This document shows positions 37,701-46,860 of a stretch of DNA of 64,000 nucleotides, piece after piece. Source of the stretch: a virus (lineage: Duplodnaviria > Caudoviricetes). The notes under the pieces were generated by a model that saw only the letters and a list, made by a program, of their open reading frames with translations, was not told the DNA's origin and did not search any database. The stretch spans positions 1 through 64,000 of IMG/VR virus record IMGVR_UViG_2765235989_000002; one strand, written 5' to 3'. A program made the translations under genes and the position numbers. Within the stretch, counting starts at the first letter, position 1. Every line of letters begins with the position of its first letter.

Positions 37701-39994
37701 AGGCCGACGGTCGCTACGGTGAGGGCGACACCCCACGGTCCGCCCATGGCGCCCATGAGGCCGCCCATCGCGGTCCGCAGCCCGGTGCCGGCCGCCGCGG
37801 TGACGCCGCGCAGCGCGCCGCCGAACCCGGCCGCCTGCGTGGAGGCGGTGCGGAAGCTCTGGCCCATTCGGCCGATGACGGGCACGTGAGCTTGGAGGGT
37901 GGCGACGGCCGCGCCGTAGCGGGAGAGGGACTGGCCGGAGGCGGCGGCGAGGGTCCGCTGGAGCGCCATCTGCTGGTTCAGGGACCGGAAGGAGCCGGTG
38001 AGGCGTCCGCCGACGGTGCTGGCGAGTCCTTGCGCGATGGGGCCGACGCGCCGCATCAGCAGCATCGCGAACACCGCGGTCTGCACGGGTCCGGGCAGGC
38101 TGCCGAAGAGGGAGACGAGGCCGCCGATCAGGTGCCCGAGGGGGCCGAGGAGGCCCGACAGGGTGGAGACGGCGGAGGCTGCGGTGTCGAGGGCGTAGAC
38201 GGCGATGTCGAGGGCGGTGGCGGCGCCGGATCCTTCCGACGCGACGTCGCCGAGCGCACTGATGACGGGCTCGGCGCCCGCGGCGAGGTTGGTGAGGACG
38301 TCCACGACCGCTTGGCCGGCGCTGAGCAGGACGTGGAGGGCGGAGGCTACCGCGTCGCCGCCGAACTCCTCGAACGGGGTGAGCATGCGGCTGGCGGCGT
38401 CGCCGATGTCGGCGAACTGCTTGCGGGCGGCGTCCGCGATGTCCGGGCCGAACAAGGTCGCCGCGTCGTTGAGGTAGTCGAAGAAGTTTTCGATCTTCGG
38501 GGTTGCGGTGGCGAGACTGGCGGTGATGCCACGGGTGAGGTACTCCAGGCCAGGCGCGATGCCGTCGTAGATGGTCAGGCCGGTCTGCTTGGCCTGGGTC
38601 TTCAGCTGGAGCATCGCGCCGGCGAGTCCTTTGCCTTTGGCGGCGGCGATGTCGGAGGCGGCCCCGGTGTCGGATACGGCCGCCATCAGCGCGTCAAAAG
38701 AGTCGACTCCCTGGTGGGCCAGGGCGATCGCACCGGACATTGCTGGTTTGCCCATGCTCTTCTTCACCGCGGCGGTGAAGTCCTGCTGGCTCATCTCGTG
38801 CTGGGCTTTGGACAGGCCGTCGATGACGTAGCGCAGGCCCTTGAACTTCCCTTGGGCGTCCCACGCTTCGATGCCCATGGCCTTGAGACCTTTGATCATC
38901 TGCGGGGTCGGTGCGGCGAGGTTCGCGAGCATGCCGCGCAGGGTGGTGCCGGCGGTCTGGCCGAGGATGCCGGCCTTGCCGAGCATGCCGACCGCGGACG
39001 CCGCCTCGCGCATGTTCACGCCGAGCCCGTGGGCGACGGGCCCGGCGTACTTCATCGCGTAGTAGATGTCGATGATGTCGCCGGACGCGGCGTTCGCGGT
39101 CGCGGCGAGGGTGTCGGCGGCGACGCCGGCCTGGTCGGCGCCCATGCCGAACTGGTCCATCATGTCGCCGAGGTACTTGGCGGAGTCGGCGGCGTTGACC
39201 TGGGCGGCTGAGGCCAGCGTGAGGGAGGCGCGGGTGGAGGAGATCGCCTGGTCGGTGCGGAAGCCGGCCTTGGCCAGCTCGACCATCGCCTCCGCCGCAT
39301 CCGCCGCGGTGGCGCCGGGCAGGGTGAGGTCGTTGCCGAGCTGCGCGGCGGTGGCGGCGGCCCGCTGCATCTGTATGCCGGTGGCGCCGGTGACGGCGCC
39401 GAACGTGTTCATCGCCTGCTGGTACTCGTTGCCGTTCTCGACGAGCTTGTCGACCCCCATCACCAGGGCGCCGCCGGACAGGAGCGCGGCGGCGCCCGTC
39501 AGCTGGTGACGGAGCCGGCCAGTCTCGTCGGCGTAGCGGCGCATGGCGAGGACACCGCGGTCGCCGATCCGGCCCATGTGCGTCGAGGCGTTCTGGGCGG
39601 CTTGTGCGAGACGGAGCAGGTCGCGGACGGCGGTGTCGATCTGCCCGGACATGCGGGCCAGGTCCCGGCCGGCGGTGCGGGACTGTGTGCCGAGGCGAGT
39701 GACGTTGCGGTCGGCAGTGCGGGCGGCGTCCGCGTACCGGTTGATGCTGCGGGCTGCGGTGCGCGTGTTGTCGCCGAGCCGGTTGATGTGCCGGGCGGCG
39801 GTGTTCGCTTCGCGGCCGAGGGCGCGGATCCGGCGCGCGGTGCTGTCGGCGTCCCGGCCGAAGCTGCGGAGTTCGGTGCGGGCGGTCCGGGCGGCGGTGC
39901 CGAGCGTGCGGGCGTGGGTGGCGGACTGCCGTAGCTCGCGGACGAGGCTGCCGCCATGCGCCCGCAGGTCGACACTGAGGTTCCAGTTCGCCAC
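34748..39994 (-). CDS. Tail tape measure protein
   Basis: 1748 aa, Ala-rich; TP901-type TMP core (AMVELAKAG...AGTTLRGML). Confidence 0.92.
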   Translation of the reverse strand: MANWNLSVDLRAHGGSLVRELRQSATHARTLGTAARTARTELRSFGRDADSTARRIRALGREANTAARHINRLGDNTRTAARSINRYADAARTADRNVTRLGTQSRTAGRDLARMSGQIDTAVRDLLRLAQAAQNASTHMGRIGDRGVLAMRRYADETGRLRHQLTGAAALLSGGALVMGVDKLVENGNEYQQAMNTFGAVTGATGIQMQRAAATAAQLGNDLTLPGATAADAAEAMVELAKAGFRTDQAISSTRASLTLASAAQVNAADSAKYLGDMMDQFGMGADQAGVAADTLAATANAASGDIIDIYYAMKYAGPVAHGLGVNMREAASAVGMLGKAGILGQTAGTTLRGMLANLAAPTPQMIKGLKAMGIEAWDAQGKFKGLRYVIDGLSKAQHEMSQQDFTAAVKKSMGKPAMSGAIALAHQGVDSFDALMAAVSDTGAASDIAAAKGKGLAGAMLQLKTQAKQTGLTIYDGIAPGLEYLTRGITASLATATPKIENFFDYLNDAATLFGPDIADAARKQFADIGDAASRMLTPFEEFGGDAVASALHVLLSAGQAVVDVLTNLAAGAEPVISALGDVASEGSGAATALDIAVYALDTAASAVSTLSGLLGPLGHLIGGLVSLFGSLPGPVQTAVFAMLLMRRVGPIAQGLASTVGGRLTGSFRSLNQQMALQRTLAAASGQSLSRYGAAVATLQAHVPVIGRMGQSFRTASTQAAGFGGALRGVTAAAGTGLRTAMGGLMGAMGGPWGVALTVATVGLGLLASRQQKAAAAAAEHQQQISNLAQALRESNGAVDENVRAIAAENLMAQKVKTTLDGQQRLVDLARTAKVPMSALVDAYTNQGSSLSKLRRELAATATAQKTLVMDPETGQTSEAYTVQGRAADDLRKALGGLGGDFQKAAADAKSFNEGVKGAASTTAYDRLKDAVAALADKTADADSRTRALRDALDLLSGGSVSLQAAQARVNEAITQANEAMAAGIDRSNGWGKQLIGIGGALDTTTKNGQQLFNTLNSIADSSASAALAAYDFAQSQGKSVPDSIAAARKEMQDARTSALKLAEGYGLSKKEAAGVADAMGLIPGQVSILLQTEGVDSTLAELLAVQAEFQQFPDKKTIKVDALGADAKKELEDIGYQIKLIPGTREYKITAPTAAARAELDALISKLGQTNGKTLPIKAPSAEAIRELETIQAKLRATNGKTLTMRAPTAEARQQLEALGFKIRTTKGKTVTISAPTGGARAGVDALRRAIEGLRSKTVTITTYSKYVSTGKQPGQQWLSGASANADGNIYTAYAAGGMNARRPENHVAQIAPAGAWRVWAEEETGGESYIPLAPGKRPRSRAIAEETVRRLGGDPTRIQWNADGSVTDWRYDPQTGSLYSASDAGQAGHKTKKVKVKSKGKTTTKDVEYFDLKTVETQLKANSKATQAWNADLAKVADRAGGDVADALASMGKDGVALAKKMAGGSTKYLNEMAAALRGLAATAKASLTDYTRQLSKANTADASFAKNLITLSAKGYGDLAKQLAAQGDQAAMELAAAAVKDGKKASSANSAAKTANNSLTTEQVQQLVAIIAAIKTSKTGIHTVADTTGLGEDEIIATATKASGQIKTALGSRATQFLTDLARANKGLSYADGGIRPGLYSTRAGALTFAEPSTGGEAYIPLGPNKRAGATAVLRDVAGRFGVGLTPAGAADGGRIVIIREQGPLVGEQHWHLADRTDRDLAARIDADNAYQLRRLARGGTRAR

Positions 39995-40021
39995 CGAGCC
40001 CTCCCTCCCCTTCTTTCGTCG

Positions 40022-40429
40022 TCAGTCGTCGTCCCGGCGGCGGCGCCGCTGGTTCTTCAGGTCGCGTTCGGCTTGCAGGGCGGCGTGAACGGACACTGGT
40101 ATGAGCGTGATCTTCCGGCCGTTGGTGCTTTCGCTGCTCTTGGCGAGTTCGTCCTGCTTGTCGGCGATGACTTCGCAGCCCACGCACAGTTGGACCGACG
40201 CGGCGTAGGCGTCTTCTTCGCCTTCTCCTCCGTGGTCCCAGTCGTCGTAGCGGGTGCCGCACTGCGGACAAACGGTGCGCTGGTACTCCCGGTAGGCGAG
40301 GGCCTTTTCCCGGTCGCGGGCCGTCCAGGTTCCGGTCCCGATGCCGCGGAACTGGCTGTGGGGGATGCCCCAGCGGTCGCACAGCTCGAGTTCGGCCCGG
40401 AACTGGTCATCGTGGATCAGCCTTTTCCC
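40022..40429 (-). CDS. Tail assembly chaperone, C-terminal extension reached by -1 frameshift (gpGT-like)
   Basis: Open frame KRLIHDDQFRAELELC... begins at the slippery site. Confidence 0.75.
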   Translation of the reverse strand, partial: GKRLIHDDQFRAELELCDRWGIPHSQFRGIGTGTWTARDREKALAYREYQRTVCPQCGTRYDDWDHGGEGEEDAYAASVQLCVGCEVIADKQDELAKSSESTNGRKITLIPVSVHAALQAERDLKNQRRRRRDDD

Positions 40430-40977
40430 AGATCGGACCGGGTGGTCTGCTGCACGGACAGGGCCGCGTTGAACAGGGCGTTCGCTTCGGCGAGGGACCA
40501 GGTGTCGAGGAGTTCCTGCGCTTCGTCGACGGTCATGCCGTCGACGCTGGCGGCGGAGATCAGCGCGGCATGGAAGCTGGGGGCCCAGTCCCGGCCTTCC
40601 TCCTGCTCTTCCTCGGTCGGCTTGTGCTCGGCGTAGAGGGCTTCCATCGCGGTGCGGGGCAGGGCGCGGAGCCGGATCGGGATGGCCGCGGCGTCGTAGG
40701 CCGTCTTCGCGGCCGTCCACTCTTCCCGGGCGGCGTCGGCTTCCTTCTGCGCGTCCGTGTCGCCGTCGGTGGTGGTGTTCAGGAGGGTCTCGGCGGTGTC
40801 CTTGGCGCGGGCCGCACGGTCGTAGCGGCGCTTGACGTCCAGGTCGTCGCAGACGGTGAAGACGGCCTCGGCGAGGCGCCGGTCCCGCAGGCGCTGCATC
40901 TTCGCGGCCCAGTGCGCGTCCTGGGCGACGGCGGCCGCGGGCGGCTCGGAGGTGGTCGGCTTGCGGCTGGTGGGCAT
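40417..40977 (-). CDS. Tail assembly chaperone (gpG-like)
   Basis: Between major tail and tape measure genes; GGAGG RBS. Confidence 0.8.
   Translation of the reverse strand: MPTSRKPTTSEPPAAAVAQDAHWAAKMQRLRDRRLAEAVFTVCDDLDVKRRYDRAARAKDTAETLLNTTTDGDTDAQKEADAAREEWTAAKTAYDAAAIPIRLRALPRTAMEALYAEHKPTEEEQEEGRDWAPSFHAALISAASVDGMTVDEAQELLDTWSLAEANALFNAALSVQQTTRSDLGKG
40423..40429 (-). other. -1 programmed frameshift site GGGAAAA
   Basis: X XXY YYZ heptamer at the chaperone C-terminus (LGKG*). Confidence 0.8.
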
Positions 40978-41081
40978 GATGAGGGGTTCCTCCGTCAGGG
41001 GAAGGGGACCCGGCCGGGCGCCGTGCGGCGCCCCTTCCCGAACGCGTCGGGCCCGGCCGGGAGCTGAGAGGGGCGGCGGGG

Positions 41082-41555
41082 TCAGGTGGCGGCCGGTACG
41101 GGCGCGTCGAGGGCCGGGGTGTCGGTGATCGCGAACTTGACCATCCACTTGGCGGCCTCGTTGTCCACGGTGATCGTGGACGACTTGGAGGCGACGGTCA
41201 CCGGGTAGACGTCCATCGAGTTCGAGGCCGGGACGTCGCCCTTGCGGAGGATGATGATGAACCCGGTGGTGCCCTTTGCGAGGGTCTCTTCGAGTTCGTC
41301 GGCGGCGCTGTCCTCGTAGAAAGTGAGGGTGGAGTCGGCGGCCTGGTCGTCGCCCTCGATCTTCGCGGTGAACTTCGACTCGAGGTCAGGCGTCTCGATG
41401 GTCTGGTTCTCGAGGGCGAACCCGTCGACCGCAGCGAGGGCCTTGGTGAGCTTCGTGGCGCCGGCCAGTTCGGTGCGGGTGGGGATGTAGGAGGGGGCGG
41501 CGATGGTCGTCGCGAACAGGATCTTCGTGACGCCCTTGCGGGAGAACCTGGGCAT
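41082..41555 (-). CDS. Major tail tube protein
   Basis: PTRTEL..G..LT...DGF...TPDL...DVYPV pattern; position. Confidence 0.8.
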   Translation of the reverse strand: MPRFSRKGVTKILFATTIAAPSYIPTRTELAGATKLTKALAAVDGFALENQTIETPDLESKFTAKIEGDDQAADSTLTFYEDSAADELEETLAKGTTGFIIILRKGDVPASNSMDVYPVTVASKSSTITVDNEAAKWMVKFAITDTPALDAPVPAAT

Positions 41556-41616
41556 GGCGGGGACCCCTTGTCCCGGGGCCCCGTCGGAGCCCCTGCTGTG
41601 GCGGTTGTCGTCTCGG

Positions 41617-41660
41617 CCACGAGGTGGCACGTCCGCGTGGGGTCCCGCCGCGGTGCGGTC
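41617..41660 (-). promoter_or_regulatory. Conserved two-hairpin leader (copy A), about 60 nt upstream of the major tail gene
   Basis: Shares a CACCGC loop, GGAC linker and CCACG..CCTCGTGG stem with 46807-46853. Confidence 0.45.
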
Positions 41661-41676
41661 AAACGCCTGAACCAGG

Positions 41677-42126
41677 TCAGGCGGGCGTCAGGTCGAACCT
41701 GAAGCGCTGCACGTAGGTCATGATTCCATCTGCCGGGTCGCTTGTTCCCCCCGGTTCCGTGTCGAGGTCGCGACACATGACGCTGGCCCCGGGCACCACC
41801 AGAGGATGCCGCCACGCTCCGGTCGCCGGATCGCGGCCGAGGAGCGCGGTGCGGGCACGGTCGGCCATCAGCTCGACCTGGTCCAGCATTCCGGCGGAGC
41901 CCTTCACGCCGGGGGCCGGGGCGGACACGGAGGTCACCTGGTACACGAAGGACGCGTCCTCGTGTTCGTCGGCGAACGGCGCCCCGGAGACGGTGCTGTC
42001 GACGGCGTACAGCAGGTAGTAGTGCTGCGGGCCGCCGAGCGGCATCCGGCCCCGGCCGACCGGGATGCTGGTGGCCGTGGCGAGGAGGTCGGCGACCGCC
42101 GCGGTGACCGGGAGGCGTTCGATCAC
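41677..42126 (-). CDS. Tail terminator-like protein
   Basis: Position before major tail gene; YQVTSV. Confidence 0.65.
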   Translation of the reverse strand: MIERLPVTAAVADLLATATSIPVGRGRMPLGGPQHYYLLYAVDSTVSGAPFADEHEDASFVYQVTSVSAPAPGVKGSAGMLDQVELMADRARTALLGRDPATGAWRHPLVVPGASVMCRDLDTEPGGTSDPADGIMTYVQRFRFDLTPA

Positions 42127-42512
42127 GACAGGATCTCCCTCACGGCCAGCGCTACCTGCCCGCGCAGCACGGTGGTGATGACGGGCAGGGCCGGGCCGGC
42201 GTGCGGGAACGGTGGCTGGTGGTAGGTCCGGCCGAGTGAGTCGGTCATGCCCATGAACCCGAACTCCAGGCGCCGGCCCTGCGGGGCCGCGGTGCCGATG
42301 GTGCATTGCGCACCGTACGGGATGCGGTTGGTGACGCTGCGCCAGGAGTTGCGGTACTGGCCGGTGATGACGTTCGGGCCGGGGCGGTCGGAGGCGTTGC
42401 CGCGGATCCGGGCGTTGCCGATCGTCCCGGTGTGCTTCACCGCCTGGTAGAGGGTGTTCCCGACGCGGTCGCTGGCGTGCTCGAGTCGGTCGGCGAGTTC
42501 GTCGGGGGTCAT
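42123..42512 (-). CDS. HK97 gp10-like neck protein
   Basis: PNVITGQYRNSW...RLEFG...PPFPH. Confidence 0.75.
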   Translation of the reverse strand: MTPDELADRLEHASDRVGNTLYQAVKHTGTIGNARIRGNASDRPGPNVITGQYRNSWRSVTNRIPYGAQCTIGTAAPQGRRLEFGFMGMTDSLGRTYHQPPFPHAGPALPVITTVLRGQVALAVREILS

Positions 42513-42958
42513 GTGGCGCCTCCGGGGATCCGGATCTGGTCCAGCGGGGTCCGGCGGGCGATCTCCACGGTGGCGGCCTGCCCGGGGTCGGGGCAGGTCC
42601 AGGCCCGGCCGAGGAGCGCGCTGCGGGCCGGGTCGTGGACGGCCGTCACGGTGACGACCGCGTCCTTGGGCGCGACGGGCGCGTCGAGGGGCGTGTACAG
42701 CTGGTAGCGGGACTTCGTCTCCTGGATCCAGGGCTGCTGGACATCGGGGGTGGCGGAGATCTCTGCGGCCGCGTTCGCGTTGAAGACCGCTCCGGGCCCT
42801 TCGTAGAGGACGGCGCCTTCGGGGTATTCGAGGTTGCCGGTGCTGGTGTTGAGGACGGGTTCGGTGGTGGCGGGCAGGGTGATCCGTACGGTGTCGATGA
42901 GGATGTTGGTGCTGAACCAGCGGGTGACCCCGGCCAGTGCACGGTCGAGGCCCGGCAT
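42509..42958 (-). CDS. Head closure protein (DUF6093-like)
   Basis: DTVRIT...TG...VLYEGP. Confidence 0.7.
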   Translation of the reverse strand: MPGLDRALAGVTRWFSTNILIDTVRITLPATTEPVLNTSTGNLEYPEGAVLYEGPGAVFNANAAAEISATPDVQQPWIQETKSRYQLYTPLDAPVAPKDAVVTVTAVHDPARSALLGRAWTCPDPGQAATVEIARRTPLDQIRIPGGAT

Positions 42959-43335
42959 CAGGTCCTCCCCTGGGCCCAGTCGGCGAGGGTCGCCAGCATC
43001 GCCTTGGTCAATTCGTTCTTCGACCCGTCGAGATCCTCCCGGGCGAGTGCAGCCTCGTCGAGGGCGGCCGGGTTGATGCCGCGGAGGAATGCCACGATGG
43101 CCTCGCCGAGGTCGGCGTCTGTGGCGACGGCGACCTGCGCGAGACCGTCGAAGACGAGGCCGCCCTTGGGCAGGGTGTGCAGCACTATCTGGGGCGGTCC
43201 GCCGACGTGCTGCTCGATCGTGTAGCCGCGGAGGTAACGGCTGACGTCGTTGCCTGCGAGTTCGATGTGTGCCGTCCCGGGGCCGGCTGTGATGGTGATG
43301 GGCTGCGGATGGACGGACATGTTCGGCTCGGTCAT
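42958..43335 (-). CDS. Hypothetical protein
   Basis: Translationally coupled within the late operon. Confidence 0.6.
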   Translation of the reverse strand: MTEPNMSVHPQPITITAGPGTAHIELAGNDVSRYLRGYTIEQHVGGPPQIVLHTLPKGGLVFDGLAQVAVATDADLGEAIVAFLRGINPAALDEAALAREDLDGSKNELTKAMLATLADWAQGRT

Positions 43336-44174
43336 ACCTGGTCTCCGGAGGACAGGTTGGGGGCGTAGTTGAGGTCCGGGCGCGGGGTCCACTGCCGGAT
43401 GCATCCGAAGTGGCTGGTGGGGAACATGGCGGCGTCGTCGGCGGAGCGGATCGTGCCGTCGGCGTGGTCGGTGTCCGGGTGGCCGGCGAAGCCGCATTCG
43501 GGGCCGTCGGTGCATTCGAACCAGCGGGCGCCCAGGTCGTCGGTTCCGTAGAGGAGGGCGGCGGTGTTCGCGGCGGTGGTTGCCTGCTCTTTCAGCGCTG
43601 CCGTGGCCCAGTGCCGCACGGTGTGTTTCGACTGGTCCGCGTAGACCACGCGGTCCAGGGGGTGTGCGGCCAGCAGTTGCTTGCGGTCGATGCCTTCGGG
43701 GGTGCGGGCCTGGTCTTGGGCGTTGCGGGCGAACGCCTGCGCGCGGCGGACGGCTTCCTGGATGCGGGCGGTGAGGTCGGCGTAGTACTGGGTGGACAGG
43801 GCGGTGATTGTGCTCTGGTGCCGGTCGGTCCATTCGAAGGGTCGGGCGTGCTGCTGTACCGAGTGCACGGCCCGTTTCAGGGAGGCGACTGCCCCATCGC
43901 GGTAGAGGAGGGGCAGGTCGCGTGCCGCCCAGCGTTCGGTGACGGCGCGGGCGGTCCGGTCGAAGGCGGCCAGGGCGTCGAGGAAGCGGCGGACGGCGTC
44001 TCGTCTGCGTTGCGTGGCGCCGCGTGCGCGGGCTGTGGGTGTTCGGGACAGGGCGCGCAGGAGGTCGAGCTGGGCGCGGTGGAGGGTGTCCCACGCTGCG
44101 GCGAGCGCGGCGGCCGCGGCCTGCACGGTGGCATCGCGGCTCAGGACGGGTTGGGGGCGGGTGGGGGTGGTCAT
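43332..44174 (-). CDS. Minor capsid (MuF/gp7-like) protein
   Basis: DGPECG..GH.D...ADG...PTSHFGCIR. Confidence 0.65.
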   Translation of the reverse strand: MTTPTRPQPVLSRDATVQAAAAALAAAWDTLHRAQLDLLRALSRTPTARARGATQRRRDAVRRFLDALAAFDRTARAVTERWAARDLPLLYRDGAVASLKRAVHSVQQHARPFEWTDRHQSTITALSTQYYADLTARIQEAVRRAQAFARNAQDQARTPEGIDRKQLLAAHPLDRVVYADQSKHTVRHWATAALKEQATTAANTAALLYGTDDLGARWFECTDGPECGFAGHPDTDHADGTIRSADDAAMFPTSHFGCIRQWTPRPDLNYAPNLSSGDQV

Positions 44175-44512
44175 CGGCGGGGCCGTTCGATGAGCCGGAT
44201 GATGCCGAACCCGAGATCGGTGTCCTCGTCGCCGGGCTGGGGTTCGTCCGGCGGGGCAGGTACGTCGCCGGATTCGAGGGCGTTGATCTGCCGCTCGATG
44301 GCCTTGATGTTCTCGGTGTAGGACACGCCGACGACGCCGGTCACGGTGACGGTGGACGGCTGGTCGTGGATGAGCGCGGCCTTGCGCTCGTAGAGGACTT
44401 CGAGGGCGACCGCCCGCGCGCTGCCGAGGCGGGCGTACCGCTGTTCGAGGTCTGCGGTGTCGGTGCTGGGGCCGAGCTGGGAGATCAGCCAGGCTTGTAC
44501 GGCGCTGTTCAC
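44171..44512 (-). CDS. Head-tail adaptor-like protein
   Basis: GGAGG RBS; helical; downstream of the capsid gene. Confidence 0.6.
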   Translation of the reverse strand: MNSAVQAWLISQLGPSTDTADLEQRYARLGSARAVALEVLYERKAALIHDQPSTVTVTGVVGVSYTENIKAIERQINALESGDVPAPPDEPQPGDEDTDLGFGIIRLIERPRR

Positions 44513-44594
44513 AGGTCCTCCGTACGGGCGGGGCGGGAAGGGGGGCAGCGTGCGGGCCCGGGCGGCGCCCCCACCGGCCGGGCCCGCACACCGC

Positions 44595-44927
44595 CTACCG
44601 GCCGCCGGTGCCCTCAGCAGCGGCCGTCCGGCCCCGAGCCGGCTTCTTGGCCGCCGTCTTACGGGCAGCCGGTTTGGTGGTCGCGGAGTCAGCGGACGGG
44701 ACCGTGCCGTCGTCAGCGTTTCCGGCCGGGGCGTCGCCAGGCGCGTCGTCCGGGTCGGCTCCGGCGTCGTCTGCGTCCGCTTCCGGGGGGAGGGTTCCGC
44801 CCTCCCAGGCGCTGGCCATCCGCACCAGCGCGGCCAGGTGCGGGGCCGGTTCCTCCCCTGCATTCAGAACCCTGCGGCGGCCGGTTTTCGGGTCGGTCAC
44901 GTGCACCGACCGGGCGAGCTTCGCCAC
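44595..44927 (-). CDS. Small virion-associated hypothetical protein
   Basis: Directly after the capsid gene; acidic then basic tail. Confidence 0.6.
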   Translation of the reverse strand: MAKLARSVHVTDPKTGRRRVLNAGEEPAPHLAALVRMASAWEGGTLPPEADADDAGADPDDAPGDAPAGNADDGTVPSADSATTKPAARKTAAKKPARGRTAAAEGTGGR

Positions 44928-44930
44928 GGT

Positions 44931-45983
44931 TCAGTCCTCCAGGACAGTGGCCGTGATGTGGATGTCCGGTACGTACAGCACCGGCATGCCCACTGCGGCG
45001 CCGCGTGTGTAGACCTGCACCGGGTTGTCCTCGACCTTGGTGACAATGACGATGCCGGGGGCCTGCTCGGCGGTGAGGGCCGGGTTGGAGCCGGAGGAGA
45101 GCTGGATGCCTTCGGCAGTCAGCCCGTACTGGGTCTCGGCCCACTGGTTCGGAGCGATACCCGGCGTCATGATCCACAGGTTGTCGGGGAGGACCCGCAC
45201 GTAGTTGCCTTCGTCGTCGTACACCTGGACGTCGTACTCGACGATCGGCGGCAGGTTGTAGCGGGCGCGGACGGCCGAGACCTGGTCCGGGGCGAGCATT
45301 GCCGTGGGGGTCTGGCCGCCGATCGGCGTGTTGTAGTACGAGGCCCGGTACTCCTGGTTCGCGGCGAGGAACGAGCGGGCCCGGCGGGAGGTGATGACCC
45401 GGGACGGGACCGGCGCGCCGGTGTCGCGCAGGTAGTTCATCCACGCCATCTCGTCGGTGAGGGGGGTGGCGTGGGCCTCGTTCCACGGGATCGCGGCGGT
45501 GGGCCGGTTCGCGGCGGGCACGTTCCAGTCGACGTCGAGGCCGTTGCCGGGCAGGTCGACGACTCCGGTGGCGAGGATTTTCCCGGCGGCGATCTCCTGG
45601 GCGGTCTTGATGGACTCGAAGTGCCGCTCGATGTCGTCGTACAGCTTCTCGATGAACTCGGCGGCGTCCTGGCCGTGCGAGATGTTGAAGAGGATGGTCT
45701 CCATCTCGCTGATGGGGAGGGTCTGGCCGAGCGGGGGCAGCAGGCCCTCGTTGACGACCCTGGACGCGTGGCGAGTCGCGATGGCGGTCGGCGCGTCGTA
45801 GACGCGGAACTTCGCCGCGTTCACGCGCCGCTTGCTGGAGCTGGTGCGGAACTTGATGTTGTTGATGTTCCGCTCGGGGACGATCTGCTGGGTGAGCAGG
45901 TAGTCCGCGGGGGTGGTCAGTTCGCGGACGAACGCGTTGATCTCGGCGGCGTCGAGCTCCCGCAGGAGCAGGTCGAGGTCCAT
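44931..45983 (-). CDS. Major capsid protein (lambda gpE-like)
   Basis: 350 aa; AAKFRVYDAP..LPPLGQ..DWNVP..MPVL. Confidence 0.85.
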   Translation of the reverse strand: MDLDLLLRELDAAEINAFVRELTTPADYLLTQQIVPERNINNIKFRTSSSKRRVNAAKFRVYDAPTAIATRHASRVVNEGLLPPLGQTLPISEMETILFNISHGQDAAEFIEKLYDDIERHFESIKTAQEIAAGKILATGVVDLPGNGLDVDWNVPAANRPTAAIPWNEAHATPLTDEMAWMNYLRDTGAPVPSRVITSRRARSFLAANQEYRASYYNTPIGGQTPTAMLAPDQVSAVRARYNLPPIVEYDVQVYDDEGNYVRVLPDNLWIMTPGIAPNQWAETQYGLTAEGIQLSSGSNPALTAEQAPGIVIVTKVEDNPVQVYTRGAAVGMPVLYVPDIHITATVLED

Positions 45984-46003
45984 GTCGGTGGTCTCCTGTG
46001 GGC

Positions 46004-46747
46004 TCAGCGCCAGTGGATGAACGCGGTCGTGGAGGTCACGTCATCGGCGTCGAAGGGGATGGGGAGCTTGCTGGCGTACACCTCGGCCTGCCACAGCAGG
46101 ACGCCGCCGCACTTGGTGGAGCCCGGGTTGAAGGGGGTCTCCTCGAGGAGGAACCCGGCGAGGACCTGGGTGCCGTCCGATGCTCCGGCAGCGCCGCCGG
46201 CGGTGGCCGTGGCGATGGTGACGGCCGGGGACGTCCCGCCGGTCAGGCCGGATGCGGATGCGGTCATCTGGGGGACGTCTTCGCCGAGGTAGGCGCCCGC
46301 GAAGGTCACAGAGATGACCGCGCCGGGGTGGGGGCCGCCGGTGACGGTGACATCGCCCGGGGCGATGTTCGACAGTGCTTCGAGCGCGGCCTTCACCTGT
46401 GCGGCGGTCGCGTTGTAGGGGATGCCGGCGGTGGTCTGCCCGGAGAACGTGAGCGTGTAGGTGCCGCCGGTCGGGCTTCCAGTGACGGTGACGGTCTGGA
46501 CCTCTGCGGTGGGGCCGCTGTACGGGCCGTACAGCCCCGACGCGGTGATCTTCCCGAGGGGAAGGCCGGACTTGAGGATGTTCCGGCCCTGGAGGAGGGT
46601 GCCCTTGGTGTAGTGGACGCCCTCGACGAACTTGCTGAGGTCCAGGGTGATGGTGTTGCCGTCGTTGGTGCCGACCAGGGAGGCGAGCCAGGGACGGCCC
46701 GAGGTGGCGGTTTCGTCCACGACGGTCATGGGCTGGAAGTCGTTCAC
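46004..46747 (-). CDS. Head decoration protein with an inserted beta-rich domain
   Basis: LKSGLPLGKITASGLYGPY...DGTQVLAGFL flanking a TGGTYTLTF..YNATAAQVKAALEAL insert. Confidence 0.75.
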   Translation of the reverse strand: MNDFQPMTVVDETATSGRPWLASLVGTNDGNTITLDLSKFVEGVHYTKGTLLQGRNILKSGLPLGKITASGLYGPYSGPTAEVQTVTVTGSPTGGTYTLTFSGQTTAGIPYNATAAQVKAALEALSNIAPGDVTVTGGPHPGAVISVTFAGAYLGEDVPQMTASASGLTGGTSPAVTIATATAGGAAGASDGTQVLAGFLLEETPFNPGSTKCGGVLLWQAEVYASKLPIPFDADDVTSTTAFIHWR

Positions 46748-46806
46748 GACCTCTGCTCCTTGCGTGAAACGGCGAGTGGTTGCCTGCGGCGCCGGTTGGC
46801 GCGCGT

Positions 46807-46853
46807 CCACGAGGAGCGGGCGTGGTCCCTGGTCCGGCCGCGCGGTGGCGGCC
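46807..46853 (-). promoter_or_regulatory. Conserved two-hairpin leader (copy B), about 60 nt upstream of the decoration-capsid genes
   Basis: GGCCGC-CACCGC-GCGGCC, GGAC, CCACG..CCTCGTGG. Confidence 0.45.
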
Positions 46854-46860
46854 GGGGGTC

